Shown here in pieces: positions 42,664 to 55,521 of a stretch of DNA of 64,000 nt (positions are counted from its first letter, which is position 1; each line of letters begins with the position of its first letter). Below the pieces are notes generated by a model, which was not told the origin of the DNA, did no database searches, and was given only the letters and a program-made list of their open reading frames with translations. The stretch comes from Octopus vulgaris (lineage: Eukaryota), in contig OX597825.1 of assembly GCA_951406725.2 (NCBI GenBank), forward strand, positions 54,436,001 through 54,500,000, written 5' to 3'. Made by a program: the position numbers and the translations under genes.

Positions 42664-43055
42664 AAGGCGGCGAGCTGGCAGAAACGTTAGCACGCCGGGC
42701 GAAATGCCTAGTGGTATTTCGTCTGCAGTTACGTTTCTGAGTTCAAATTCCGCCGAGGTCGACTTTCATCCTTTCGGGGTCGATTAAATAAGTACCAGTT
42801 ACGCACTGGGGTCGATATAATCGGCTTAATCCGTTTGTTTGTCCTTGTGTGTCCTCTCTGTGTTTAGCCCCTTGTGGGTAGTAAAGAAATAGGTATTTCG
42901 TCTGTCTTTACGTTCTGAGTTCACATACAGCCGAGATCTACTTCGCCTTTGATCGTTTCGGGGTTGATAAATTAAATACCAGTTCCGCACTGGGGTGATC
43001 TAATCGACTGATCCCCTCCCCAAAAATTTTGGGACTTGTGCCGTGGGTAGAAAAT
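42664..43055 (+). mobile_element. SINE family B, internally duplicated (dimeric) young form
   Basis: GGCGGCGAGCTGGCAGAAACGTTAGC head; second partial unit restarts at GGTATTTCGTCTG (about 42892); same junction at 63451. Confidence 0.93.
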
Positions 43056-43164
43056 ATAAGATAGACATTTCTTTGTATGACGTTTAGTCAAAATAAATTT
43101 CACACTAAGCGCATGTTCAATGTTTCAATAAAAGTAGTATCATAGACACTCTCTTCTATGCCCC

Positions 43165-43300
43165 TTGGTATGGGCAATCTCCTACCAGAGGTGGGCCGCA
43201 TGAGGCCCGTCTCATCATTAGGTGAGCTTCACTACTAAAACAAATTTCGCTGAGCGTGCCATTGAGAAATTCCGGTGGACTATAGTTTGCCCATCACTTG
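43165..43300. mobile_element. hAT (Charlie-like) MITE remnant
   Basis: Ends ATGGGCAA ... TAGTTTGCCCATCAC with subterminal GGGCCGCATGAGGCCCG; no clear 8-bp TSD. Confidence 0.55.
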
Positions 43301-43698
43301 TATGGTGCAGAGGCTGTTTGTAGATGAAAGAATGAAAAGAAAAGATTTCTTCCTCGTCCATTCCGTCTCTACTTCACTCTCTCTCTCACGTTTTCAAAAC
43401 TCCTTCTACTCACATATAATCCCACACAATACCAGTTCAAATACCTTCCTAACTATTGCTACCTGACGTAAACAGTCTCATTACGTATATGCTATAAACT
43501 AATATAAAGATATGTAAGAATATGCTTTGTAGTGTCACAGTCGTGGAGAATACAGAAGGATGATACACGGCCTTTTACTCAGCTTCGTTCAAATCTTATA
43601 TGAGTTCATTTAATGCATTTTGCCTTCTTTCTATGCATGAATGTGTATCTTTCATTTATTTCATTTTGTGTACATGCATGTATATATGCATACATCTT

Positions 43699-43765
<67 letters not shown>

Positions 43766-43985
43766 GTGTATGTGTGTGTATGTGTGTATTATATAAGTAT
43801 ATATAATCAAAATAAGCAACAAGGATATCCAGACGTAATGCTGTACGATCGTTTCATACGACTGCATTACCTCTGGATAATCCTTGTTGCTGGTTTTGAT
43901 TATAATCACCTTGTTTTAAATTATATGGAAAATACCATACTAAATTCTGGTGCCTTCAGCTTAAGTACCATATTCATATGAATCT

Positions 43986-44044
<59 letters not shown>

Positions 44045-44048
<4 letters not shown>

Positions 44049-44588
44049 AGAAAACAGAGAGATCTAATAGGTGCAAATTAAGTTATTAATTAATCAACAT
44101 ATTAATCAATTTATTCATTTCTCAAATAAGATTTAAATTACTTTTGCATTTTAAATACCTTATAAGAAAAATCGTCAGGATTTTTCAGAATTAAATATAT
44201 CTACGTTGCTGCTCACAAGAGAATGTAAAGTATGAAAAGTATAATGTTTTGGACATAGTCCTTCTTTAAATACTAAAGTAACATATTGAAGATATTGTAA
44301 AGAGAACAAGAAAAAGAAAGGATATTATCAGGGAAATTTTGATAGGAGAGATTTATGAAAGAGACTATCCACTTAGAAAAACTGGCTGCAACTGACAAAG
44401 AACACAAGATGTAACACTTATTGTCCTCTGAAAACACGGACTATTTTCCTTATAAGATATTTAAAATGAAAATGTATATTTTTATATATGTTTTAATTTT
44501 ATTCTTATTTCAGAAATGAAAAATTGGTGTTTAATATGTTGATTAATTAATAAATTAATTTGTATCCATTAGATCTCTCCAACAAACA
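44045..44588 (-). mobile_element. PLE-derived element with ~145-bp inverted termini and an internal hammerhead remnant (44239-44273)
   Basis: 44045-44190 is an imperfect reverse complement of 44425-44588; interior 44178-44410 matches 41985-42215. Confidence 0.82.
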
Positions 44589-44876
44589 TATTTGATATCT
44601 TAGGATATACTGTATAATATATTCATTGAAGGATTATTTCTTCAAAATTTAATATATTAAACCAGTGTATCTTGGATAAATGTCCCAATAAGAGGTGTGA
44701 ATATACCCTTTGTGACTATATATATATATATACGAGTATGCATGTGTGTATATATCTACGTCTACAAACATACACACACGCACACGCATACACAAACACA
44801 CACACACATATATATATACAGAGAGAGAGAGATGAAATGGGAGATATAGACCATAGAATTTGAGACGTGAAGGAGA

Positions 44877-44877
<1 letters not shown>

Positions 44878-44965
<88 letters not shown>

Positions 44966-44995
44966 TATACATTCATGTATATATTTACATATACA

Positions 44996-45062
<67 letters not shown>
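44878..45062. repeat. Long (TA)n arrays
   Basis: Directly visible. Confidence 0.97.
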
Positions 45063-45067
<5 letters not shown>

Positions 45068-45369
45068 CGTACAAACATATATTCATACATATAGACATAC
45101 CTCCATTCATACAAACATACATAAATGTATAAGCGTACTTATGCTTATATAAGTAAAGGAATAGTACATGTGTATGAGTATGTATGTATGTATGTGTCTC
45201 TCATTTTGAAGTGCATGCATATGCGTATTTGTATGTGTACATGTGTGTGCGTTTATGATGGCACATAAATATGCAAGTGCATTAGTGTGTATCTAAAACG
45301 TTGGGGGACTTGGTGAACATGTGGGTGCCAGAAATATATATACATATAGACAGATGATAGATATGTGTA

Positions 45370-45410
<41 letters not shown>

Positions 45411-45834
45411 TTATATATATATATCTATTTATTCGCATGTATATGTTATATTATATATATATACACATATACATACACGTGAAGGCGTGTGCACGTATGC
45501 GTGTATGTCGTTAAGACCAGTCATTAATTTAAACATCTTCATTCTTCAAGGCTACTTCTCTGAATAGCAGCCAAATTTTACTCTGTCCATTAACAAGCAC
45601 CATTGTATTGTTGCTGACTTTTATTAGGATGATAAATCATTTCACAGCCAATAGTCAATGAGATTGAACAGTTTCACATCGCTTCTTCACTTTGAACTCT
45701 GTTATCTTCGCAATATTGCGAAGCTTAGGCACATGGTTCTTCTCTTGGAAAACAAGTAGATATAATAAAGCAAAGTTATTTTATACGAGTCAACTCTTAT
45801 GATTATTAACCATTATTTACATTATTATTACTAC

Positions 45835-45871
45835 GTTTATTATTATTGCTATTACTAAGGAGATTATTATA

Positions 45872-45936
<65 letters not shown>

Positions 45937-45956
45937 CATCATCATCGTCGTCGTTG

Positions 45957-46037
<81 letters not shown>

Positions 46038-46038
46038 A

Positions 46039-46075
<37 letters not shown>

Positions 46076-46110
46076 GTTGTTGTTGTTGTTGTTGTTATTG
46101 TTATTACTAT
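45835..46110. repeat. (ATT)n(ATC)n(ATT)n(GTT)n compound array
   Basis: Directly visible. Confidence 0.96.
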
Positions 46111-46189
46111 TTGGGCGTGGATTGGTAGAGTTGTTTGAGTCAGCAGAATGTTTTGCAGTACTTATTTTGCCTCCTATTCCTTTCCAAGA

Positions 46190-47260
46190 GGAATTGAACT
46201 GGCAGAATCTTTAGTGCATCGAACAAAATGTCTTATATCATTTCTTCCGGCTCTTTACGTTCTCTGGTTAAATAACGCAAAACAGATGTGTGTCTTTCTT
46301 TTTCTCGAGGGCAATATAAGTACCTGTCAAGTACTGAGGTTGATGTAATCACCCTCAAAATGCTGGACTTGCGCCAAAATTAGAAAAATTATTATTGTTG
46401 CCGTTTTGTTATTACTGCTCTTCTTGTTAGATTTCGGTCCCAGTTCTAGAATTGATAAAGGTAGTCACGTTTCATTGGGGAGGTTTGATGGCAGAATTGT
46501 TAGAGCGTCGCCTTAAGCCATTTAATCTGTCACGTTTTATTTTAGGTTCAGAACCTGACAGCTATCTGTCAATACCTTTCACCGGTTCGACATCAATAAA
46601 ATAATGTATTAGTCAAGTACTGGGGGACTCAGAATTGAACTCAGAATGTACAGGGATATGACGAAATACTCTGAGACAGTTTTTGTTCAACGTATTTTTT
46701 ATTCAGTAGCCAATGTCCAGCCAATGTCCAGCCAATGTCCAGCTAATGCCCCGTGACTATGTCAAAGATTAAAGTTCGCTGGCATTGAAATTTAACAGCA
46801 ACCAAAATAATAATACCAATTACTTCTATGCGATTCGGCAGAGTTGTTAAGACGCTGAGCAAAATGCTTTGCAGTATTTCGTCCGTCTTCATGATCTGAG
46901 TTCAAATTCCGCCGAAGTTGACTTTGTCTTTCATCTCCTTCGGTGTACTAGATGATTACTGGGATCGATGAAATCGATTTACACTTTCCCCAATATTACT
47001 GGCCTTGTTCCAAAATGTGAAATCAATATGAGAAAAGGCCACGCATTTAAGGGATGGGTGTAGAGGCACAATTGATTAAATCGCTCACAATTTTTGAAGG
47101 GTTTATAGCCAGATAAAGTGATTTCCGGCATTTGCCCAAAACTCTACGTCATCAACCCCAGGAGGATGAAAGACAAAATGGAACAGAGTGGAATTTGAAT
47201 TAGAATGCAAAAAGTAGAAATCTTGCGAGGTATTTTCTGCGACGATCTAACGACTCATGC
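46190..47260. mobile_element. Cluster of old SINE family B fragments in both orientations
   Basis: + copies at about 46190-46390, 46480-46628 and 46835-47028; - fragments at about 46630-46710 and 47030-47255. Confidence 0.7.
46708..46751. repeat. 11-bp tandem repeat (AGCCAATGTCC) x4
   Basis: Three perfect units and one degenerate unit. Confidence 0.92.
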
Positions 47261-48082
47261 TTGTTTATTGTTTGTTTATAATATCTAACGTAACCGCTAG
47301 ACATTGATTGAAAATTGTTTGAAACGACAGAGTTTAATATATTTGTGCAATCTCTGGAATCTTAGGAAATTGGCGAGGCTGTACTTTGGAAACAATAATA
47401 ACAAAATCCGAAAAAGTCACGCGGTTCAATCAGTCAGAAAATAGCGAAAATATCTTTTATCTTTGATACGCCTCTTTTGATAGAATGATCAATGAATAGC
47501 CAGAAGTGAAATAACTTATGAATATGTTAATAAGTAGTGGCAAGAAGTGCATGAGGAGGTAATTGTACTGAGTTGTACATTATGGGGGAAAAAGCAGAAT
47601 TTATCAGTGTGAGAAGCTGAAAGAAAGGATTGTGATATGAGTAAAGTATGTGGAAAAGTGCCTATTGTTGTTTAGACCCTGATCAACCCTGATTGAGACC
47701 TATAATTAAAGGCATTGTATCTATGACGACCATGTCTTTTTCCTATGTGCAGGCATGTCCGGACCACATTATCCTACGTGTTTATTTCTAGGCGTCTAAG
47801 ATGAGATGAAGGTTTGTATATCACTTGAAGGAAAAGCTAGTAGTGTAGTGTGCGTTGAGTAGACGGACAAACCCAAACTCAAACACACACACACAGTCAA
47901 ACAGCCGATGCATGAGGTCAGACCTTTATCATATTTATCTCCCCAACTTCTACAGTACTCAAACGTATTGGCTCCCTACCTCATGATTTTTTTAAAATAT
48001 GTCTTTTCATTCTGAGTTCAAAAAGTCGATTCTGAGTTTACTTTTCTTCTTTTTCCCTCTAAAATAAAATGAAACAACAATG

Positions 48083-48352
48083 TGTGTAGGCATGGCTGTG
48101 TGGTTAAGAATTTCGTTTTTCACCCATGTGAGCAAGTGTTTTCTTTTCGAGCCCTGGACCGACCAATGGCTTGTGAGTGAATCTGATAGTTGGAAACTGC
48201 ATGGAGGCCCGTCGTGTATATGTATAGGTATGTGCTTGCTGTGTATGAGTGTATCTTTGTCATTGTGATACCCACCACCATCAACACTTGACAGTAGTCG
48301 ATTTATTTATGTCCCTGTAGCGTAGCGGTTCACTGATAGAGTATGCACCAGA
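48083..48352 (+). mobile_element. Old SINE family A with deletions
   Basis: GTAGGCATGGCTGTGTGGTTAAG...CTTGTGAGTGAATCTG...TAGCGGTTC. Confidence 0.75.
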
Positions 48353-48949
48353 TACTATAACTAACTGAAATGCTCTCTTTTCATCTCTCTCTCTCTCTCT
48401 CCATCTCTTCCTTCCTTTCTTTTCCTGCCTACATCATACTCTCTGTCTTCTTCTCTCTCTTTGTCTCTTTCCATTTCTCTCTGTCTTTCTTCGTCTCTTT
48501 CTCGTTCTCTCATTTTCTCCATTACTCTCATCTCTAATCATCTATATTCCTTGCTATATTAACGCTGCTGCTTATTATATTGTCTGGATCTCCATCGGTG
48601 TCAACGATGAGTCTTTCACTTTTTCGATCTTTTCAACGATGAAATAAAGTGTAGTGATAATGGGATTCATAGATATGATCAACTCGATACATTATGATAT
48701 GACTGACCCTTAAAAATTCCATATTCACTCCATCCAACGGGCTTATGAAGGCTTTGCGCCTACCCCATTGCGCTCAAAATAGCTTAGATCTACCAAAGAA
48801 TGTAGCAAAAGACACTTGTAGATAACAGGCAGTGGAATCAATTAGAAATAAATTGCAAGCGCAAAGTGCTATAATCTATACCACAGTCATTCAGTACGAG
48901 TTATATAATATTAATGATGATGATGATAATGATCATCATCATCATGATT

Positions 48950-49112
48950 TTTACAAATTTTGGCTCAAGGCCAGCAATTTTGGGGAAGTCGATTACATCG
49001 ATTCCAGAATGGTACTTATTCTATCGGTCCAGAGATCGATCTCGGCGGAATTTGAGCTTCGAATCTAAAGACGAACGAAATGCGGCTAAACAGTTTTCCC
49101 GGCGTGTTAACG
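48950..49112 (-). mobile_element. SINE family B, internally deleted
   Basis: CTCGGCGGAATTTGAGCT...CCGGCGTGTTAACG. Confidence 0.8.
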
Positions 49113-50639
49113 TCGGGCACTTTAATAGTAACGATTTCCTTTATCAAATGGCAATAGAAAAAAAAATTAATAGAGACACAAAAAACATCATGCAGAACTG
49201 TTCATTTATTCGGTATTTATTATGGATAGGATAATAGGACATTTTTCTGGCGACTTTGATTTGACTGTCTGGGTATATCATCACGGTTTTATAATTGAAT
49301 GTCAAATAGTTCCTCCTTAAATATTCTAAATATTTCCTTCTTTCTTTCTTTCTTTAAATAAATAATTAGCATCCTTGTCCCCACTAGCTATACATTCAGA
49401 CACTGATGTTGTTTGGTATTGTTGTGGTTCTTGTTACTATTTAGCCCAAGGCCAGTGCTGACCCAGCAAATTAATAATATCAAAAACACGACAGCCGTTA
49501 TAACTACATTTTTGAGATACACATAAATCTAGCATTATATTATCAGATATGCTCTTGAGGTTAATAAGACGATAATGTTTCATATGAGTATGATCTAGAT
49601 ATTATTTTCAGCAGGTTGGATAAGCAGCTAAAGGCTTCATCGCAAGCTCTGTTTGGTTGAGCAATAGAATGCTTGGTCAGCTATGATTCAGCAGATGTAT
49701 GATCAAAGGTGGTGCAGCCATAGCCAACCTGTTATTTTGTATCTCAAGGACTTAGCTGTTAATATATCTTGGTTTATTAATGACAATAGCGTGACATTTG
49801 AGGATTTTTTTCTTCTTTGTTTTGTATGGCTTTTCTAAGCTAGTTGACCGACCACTTAAGAGTCTCCTACGTTCGTTTCTAGGTGCTATAACATCCAGAA
49901 TCACAGATAGTGCAGCCGTAATAATGTGACTCGGAGAATCTCCTTTGTTTGTATTCAGTAGCAAATTTTAACATATACGTGTTGCATTTTCTTTGAATAG
50001 TGCAGCAGTCTGTCCCAACTACCTATGAGATCAGCTACTTGTATCTCTTTGCAGGGCAAAGGGTCAAAATAAGGTTAAAATTTCAAGGAATATTGAACTT
50101 CTCTCAACATTTTTTATTGATTTCCTAATGCCAGCGAAAACTCTGTCGTCGTATACTGGTTGCTACGAGACTAAGGGGACCCACCCGCACCTACAATGCT
50201 CTCATTTTGTTCTTTTCTTTTCTTTTCTTTTTTTGTAAAAGTATTCTTTTCAACGGTCTACAAACACAACCAGGCTGCAATAATTAATGCATTCTTCGAG
50301 GAGTGAATAAAAAATTCTCAGACTTGCGGGGATACTAACAAGGGACCCTCATATATGGATTCCAATGGCTCAGGGGACCACTTGCCATCAAGCAAGTGGA
50401 TAGCTTGGCCAGTCCACCACTCCGTGTGAATAAGGGTTGGTGACTTTTACGTGTGGATATGTACTTGTGTGTGGCCGGATGAGGGTGTGTGGGTGAGGGT
50501 ATGTGAGGGTGATGTGTGGGGTGAGTATGTGGGGTGGGGGTGCGGTATATATATACATGTAAATGTATATATATATGTATATATATATATGTATATGTGT
50601 GTGTGTATATATATATATATATAAATTAAATATAAAATA

Positions 50640-51350
50640 TAAATTACAAAGTGAGACAAGAACGCAAAGAGACGACACAAAAAAACAGACGGGTCACTCG
50701 AAGCCTCTAATCTTCAGTCGGAACCGGATCATCTTAGCAATTTCGGCTGTTTAATCTCGATATCGCTCCGAACCGGCCAGCCCCAAGGAAAAACTAAGCC
50801 ACAGGCATTAGATTTCTTGGAAAGAGGATCGAATGTATACGAAACAAGGACAGGATGCCACACGAATATAAATACAAGAAACATAAAATAGAAATAAAGA
50901 ACAAGAATGGTAAGCAGGACAAAAACAGCGGGCGTCTTACGACTTTAGACAATTTTTAAGTTATCTTGGCTGGCGTATTTGAAAAATGCCTTTGCGGCAA
51001 AACGAAAACAAACGTTAACATGGCAGCGGTCAAGCCGAAAAGACCAGTTTGAAGGCGGTCACGTGAGAGCACGGAAGAAACAGAAAGAAAAAGAAAAACA
51101 GGGTGCAAGGAATCAAAGAGAGAGAGAAAAAAAGGGACGAAGGCACCAGGGGGGAGAGAGAAAGGAGGAAGGAATCAAAGAGGGGAGAAGAAACAGGATT
51201 GGCTTAGCAATAGAAATGACGGTGCAAATAAGAATGGGGTAAGAATCAGAGGCAAGGAAAGAGAAAGAAACAGACTATAGAGAGAGTGTGTGTAAAGACG
51301 TCGTAAAAGGTAAAATGTGTATACATAGGAGATAGGGGTACGTTACGCCG
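50640..51350 (-). mobile_element. Pyrimidine-rich (minus strand) PLE-3'-like element between (TA)n tracts
   Basis: Strong strand asymmetry, T-rich tail into (TA)n, partial hammerhead words (CAGCC-GAAA and CTGAAGA); family not verified. Confidence 0.4.
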
Positions 51351-51429
51351 CAATAATATATGTATAGAAATTAAACATAAAATATATATATGTATATGTA
51401 TATATATATGTATCTGTGAGTACATACAT

Positions 51430-51484
<55 letters not shown>

Positions 51485-51502
51485 CTTAAATTGTTAATTA
51501 TA

Positions 51503-51859
51503 TATACCATGCACTATGCATTGGTGCATGTGATATTCTCAAAAGAGTACGTCCTACATAATTATGATCTGATGGAGCTCCCTGGCTTTTCAACGCTCTT
51601 AATATTGAGTTTGGCCACCTTCAGAACTTTCCTACATCTTCGGGCTAGTTCTCCATGGCTTGTGGTCTCTACAAACCTCATTCCTTGATATTTGTCGGTC
51701 CTCCATCACGTATTCACACAGCTTGCTTTGTCACAAACTCCTTTGTATCACATTCCAGTCTTTACTTCTTTATCTATGGCAGGTACCACTGGTTTCGGTA
51801 CATATAACGTTTTCTAATTTCTTTCGTGTTCCCCTGTATACCCGAACCCTATCTTTTTG

Positions 51860-51862
<3 letters not shown>
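51503..51862 (-). mobile_element. Decayed Penelope-like ORF fragment (RT-to-GIY-YIG linker)
   Basis: Translates GTCHR*RSKDWNVIQR.. / WRTDKYQGMRFVETTSHGELARRCRKVLKVAKLNIKSVEKPGSSIRS*LCRTYSFENITCTNA*CMV, parallel to the PLE FV..TP.GELA.....IKVVEK.G......L....PF....C....C..C linker; (TA)n on both sides. Confidence 0.72.
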
Positions 51863-51920
<58 letters not shown>

Positions 51921-51942
51921 ACATACATACATACATACATAC

Positions 51943-52015
<73 letters not shown>

Positions 52016-52442
52016 TATAATTATATATATGCCTGTGTGTACGTATTATATATTTATGAGTGTATATATGTATGTGTGTATTTCATTTCTCCTAATAACT
52101 TGTACTTCCAGTAATGTTTTAATATTGTTATATTTTAATATTTTATAGCTAATAGCACTATAACCTGTTGATGCTTACCGTCCCCTCCATGTACACAGTA
52201 AACAGTCTACACATAGATGGCTTCATTTATCTTATCTCATTTACAACCTTCTAATGCTACCCCTTCACCCTCTGATTATCTTATTATCCCAGCTCATACT
52301 GATTGCCAACAACTCTTATTCATACAACTGTTATTCTCTTCATTACCTCTCTCTTTCACTCTTTATCAGTCAACCTAAAATATCCCCTCTCCTTCTATAT
52401 ATGTATGATGAGTATTCGTGTGTGTATGCTGGTAGACATATG

Positions 52443-52500
<58 letters not shown>

Positions 52501-52503
<3 letters not shown>

Positions 52504-52705
52504 TCGGGTGCTGAAGAGTTCTTTTCTTTGGGTAAAAGAAAATACAGGGAGATCGGATAATTACACTTTTATTCAACATATTTCCCTCACAGACTCATAC
52601 ACTAATTGCAGCGGTCCTTCAGTATCTCTAAGCCCTGCACAAGAACTCGGAAGTTTGGGTTTCCAACTAGGCTTGTCGCGATACCCTTAAAGCCAAGACC
52701 TCCTT
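52501..52705 (-). mobile_element. Tc1/mariner-type MITE, copy 2
   Basis: TA|CGATCGGGTGCTGAAGAGTTC...; interior TTGCAGCGGTCCTTCAG is the reverse complement of the 19495 copy. Confidence 0.78.
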
Positions 52706-52731
52706 GTTTATATACCTATATAGATATATAT

Positions 52732-52790
<59 letters not shown>

Positions 52791-52793
<3 letters not shown>

Positions 52794-52990
52794 AGAGTTC
52801 ACGAAAAAAACAAAAGACGAAGACAGGTAGTGTACAAAACAAACAGATGTATTGGTATAATGCTCAGGAATTGAAAAGAGTCTTTTACGTTTCGAGCCTA
52901 CGCTCTTCTATAGGAAAGGACACAGAAAAAAACAAAGAGAGAAACAAGGAGAGAAAAAATATGTGTGTAATGGCTACCGATCTATCATGA
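52791..52990 (-). mobile_element. Family H hammerhead-bearing element, copy 2
   Basis: Motif 52882-52918: CTTTC-CTATAGA-A-GAGC-GTAG-GCTC-GAAA-CG-TA-AAAG; abuts (TA)n. Confidence 0.82.
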
Positions 52991-53012
52991 TGTATGTATG
53001 TATGTATATATT

Positions 53013-53054
<42 letters not shown>

Positions 53055-53679
53055 ATATTCTACCATTTCATTATATTATATTATATTATATTATATTATA
53101 CTATATTATATTATATTATTATAAGATTGTAAATAGAGCATGAAAATCAAAGTTGGAATTTATATCATTGACCCTCATGTTCAAATTATCCTTCCTTCAC
53201 ACGGTCCTGTACTCTTCGAAGACTCTTATGTACCTCACGTTCTCTTCAAAGACGGAACTAGTAACTTCTTTTATCTCTTACCTTGGATTTGCCTTGATAC
53301 TTCAACAATAGAACTGCGAACGGATGGCGTTTACTAAGGATTTCATTAACTCTTCAACTACGGGACTAACAACCAATATTATAGTTCTTCTGAGGACATT
53401 CCTTATTTATTCAACGTTTTGGTAACTACTGATGTTTTGTTTAAGGATATTCTTTCTTTATTTCCCTCCCTCCGATGATGGAATACTTAGCTTACATGGA
53501 AATCCTTGCTCAATAGCACATACCCCAAATGCTTGGCTATTCTAGAAACAGCTGTGGGAGTCTTTACTTATCTACTATAACTACACAACACTATGGTTAA
53601 ATTATAAATTATGAATTAAAGGTTCTAAATTGATAGTACATGTTTTGCTCGTCCTCTACATCTAATATGTATGTATATA

Positions 53680-54091
53680 GGCGCAGGAGTGGCTGTGTGG
53701 TAAGTAGCTTGCTAACCAACCACATGGTTCCGGGTTCAGTCCCACTGCGTGGCATCTTGGGCAAGTGTCTTCTGCTATAGCCCCGGGCCGACCAATGCCT
53801 TGTGAGTGGATTTGGTAGACGGAAACTGAAAAGAAGCCTGTCGTATATATGTATATATATATGTGCGTGTGTGTTTGTGTGTCTGTGGTTGTCCCCCTAG
53901 CATTGCTTGACAACCGATGCTGGTGTGTTTATGTCCCCGTCACTTAGCGGTTCGGCAAAAGAGACCGATAGAATAAGTACTGGGCTTACAAAGAATAAGT
54001 CCCGGGGTCGATTCGCTCGACTAAAGGCGGTGCTCCAGCATGGCCGCAGTCAAATGACTGAAACAAGTAAAAGAGTAAAAGAGTAAAAGAG

Positions 54092-54094
<3 letters not shown>
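53680..54094 (+). mobile_element. SINE family A, full length, youngest-looking copy
   Basis: A-box-like TGGCTGTGTGG, B-box-like GGTTCAGTCCC, CORE-like CTTGGGCAAGT, (GTAAAAGA)3 tail, TA flanks. Confidence 0.96.
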
Positions 54095-54129
<35 letters not shown>

Positions 54130-54139
54130 TATATAAATA

Positions 54140-54262
54140 GGGAGAATTCACGAAAAAACCAAAGACGTAGACAGGTGGTGTAGAAAACTAACAGACGTAA
54201 TAGTATAACGCTCGGGAACTGGAAAAGTCTTTAACGTTTCGAGCCTACGCTCTTAGACATAA
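54140..54262 (-). mobile_element. Family H element, copy 3 (truncated at the motif)
   Basis: Motif 54229-54260: ATGTCTA-A-GAGC-GTAG-GCTC-GAAA-CG-TT-AAAG. Confidence 0.8.
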
Positions 54263-55220
54263 TGCATACGTATAGCAATGTGCAATTGTCTAGCTTCATA
54301 TCCAGGAGCAAGTTAAACGCTATAGAATTCCTAAATAAATGCTAATCCTTGTTATTCGGAAGTGTAAAAAAACAGAAATGTAACTGTAGATCTAAAAAAA
54401 AGTAAAATAATATTTCCTTACTTAAAGATTATTGCTAATCTGATGATTAAACAACCATAAGGCGGCCGTATATGATTGGCATTATATTCTGTTGTAGTCT
54501 TTTAATCTTCAATCTACGTTATTTCTCTTCTGTAATTAACTAGTGAGCTCTCTGAAGCCAAATCTCACCATATAAACCACACAAATCCATATCGAAATAA
54601 ATGTATTATGTCACTTCCAACCTATTGCATTGCCATTCCTCTTCTATTCTATTTCGTTAGATTCTATTCTGGAAGTCATTATAGCTTACCGAGTCTCATT
54701 CATCGTATTTTGCAATTCTAATTAAGGAAGTCACTAGCAATCCTGTGATTTCTTCATCCGAATGACTTCCAGGTTGATAATTTCTCTACAATAGGAAGAT
54801 CCGTATTATTTTACAGACATCCCGTCAACAGCAGGATCGAATAAAAACCTACCATTTTTAGAAGAATATTTCTACGGGCTGACATCAGAAAGAAAGAGAG
54901 GAATCGAGAGATGATGTGGCAGATACGAAGAGGGCGAAATAAATATGCGTTTGCAACATCATTTCGGTGCACATTCAGCCAAACCCAAGTATGCAGGGAA
55001 AAATTCGAATGGCCACGTGCATCAATATAAAAGACTTCCAACCGGATATCGGTTGCAGTAACATGATTGAATTTATAGAAAAATGATGTGGAGGCCGTAT
55101 ATCCGTATATACTGAATGTTAATTACCTGAGGAGTGAGCATGTAGATGCCTTAGAATTTTATGTTTTAGTAACACTGAAATAACATGTAGTTATCTTCCA
55201 CAGAAATTCTCAGCTAATAA

Positions 55221-55434
55221 TAGCTTCAAATTTGTGCACAAAGCCAGCAACTTCAGGGGAGGGGTAAGACGATTACGTTCGTTCCAGTGCTCAACCGGTA
55301 CTTGTTTTATCAACCCGGAAAAGATGATAGGTAAAGTCAAACTCGACGAAATTTGAACTTTGAATGTACAGACGGACAAAATGTCTCTGAGCATTTTTCC
55401 CGGCGTGCTAACGATTCTGCTCGCTCACTGCCTT
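55221..55434 (-). mobile_element. SINE family B (monomer)
   Basis: Reverse complement starts AAGGCAGTGAGCGAGCAGAATCGTTAGCACGCCGGG. Confidence 0.9.
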
Positions 55435-55521
55435 ATCCTCAGGTAAAAATAGTAAGAATAATCCCAGGTTTGTATAAGACGCAGAGCTGAAAAACTTGAG
55501 TTTCAAAGTAACTAAAGAAAG

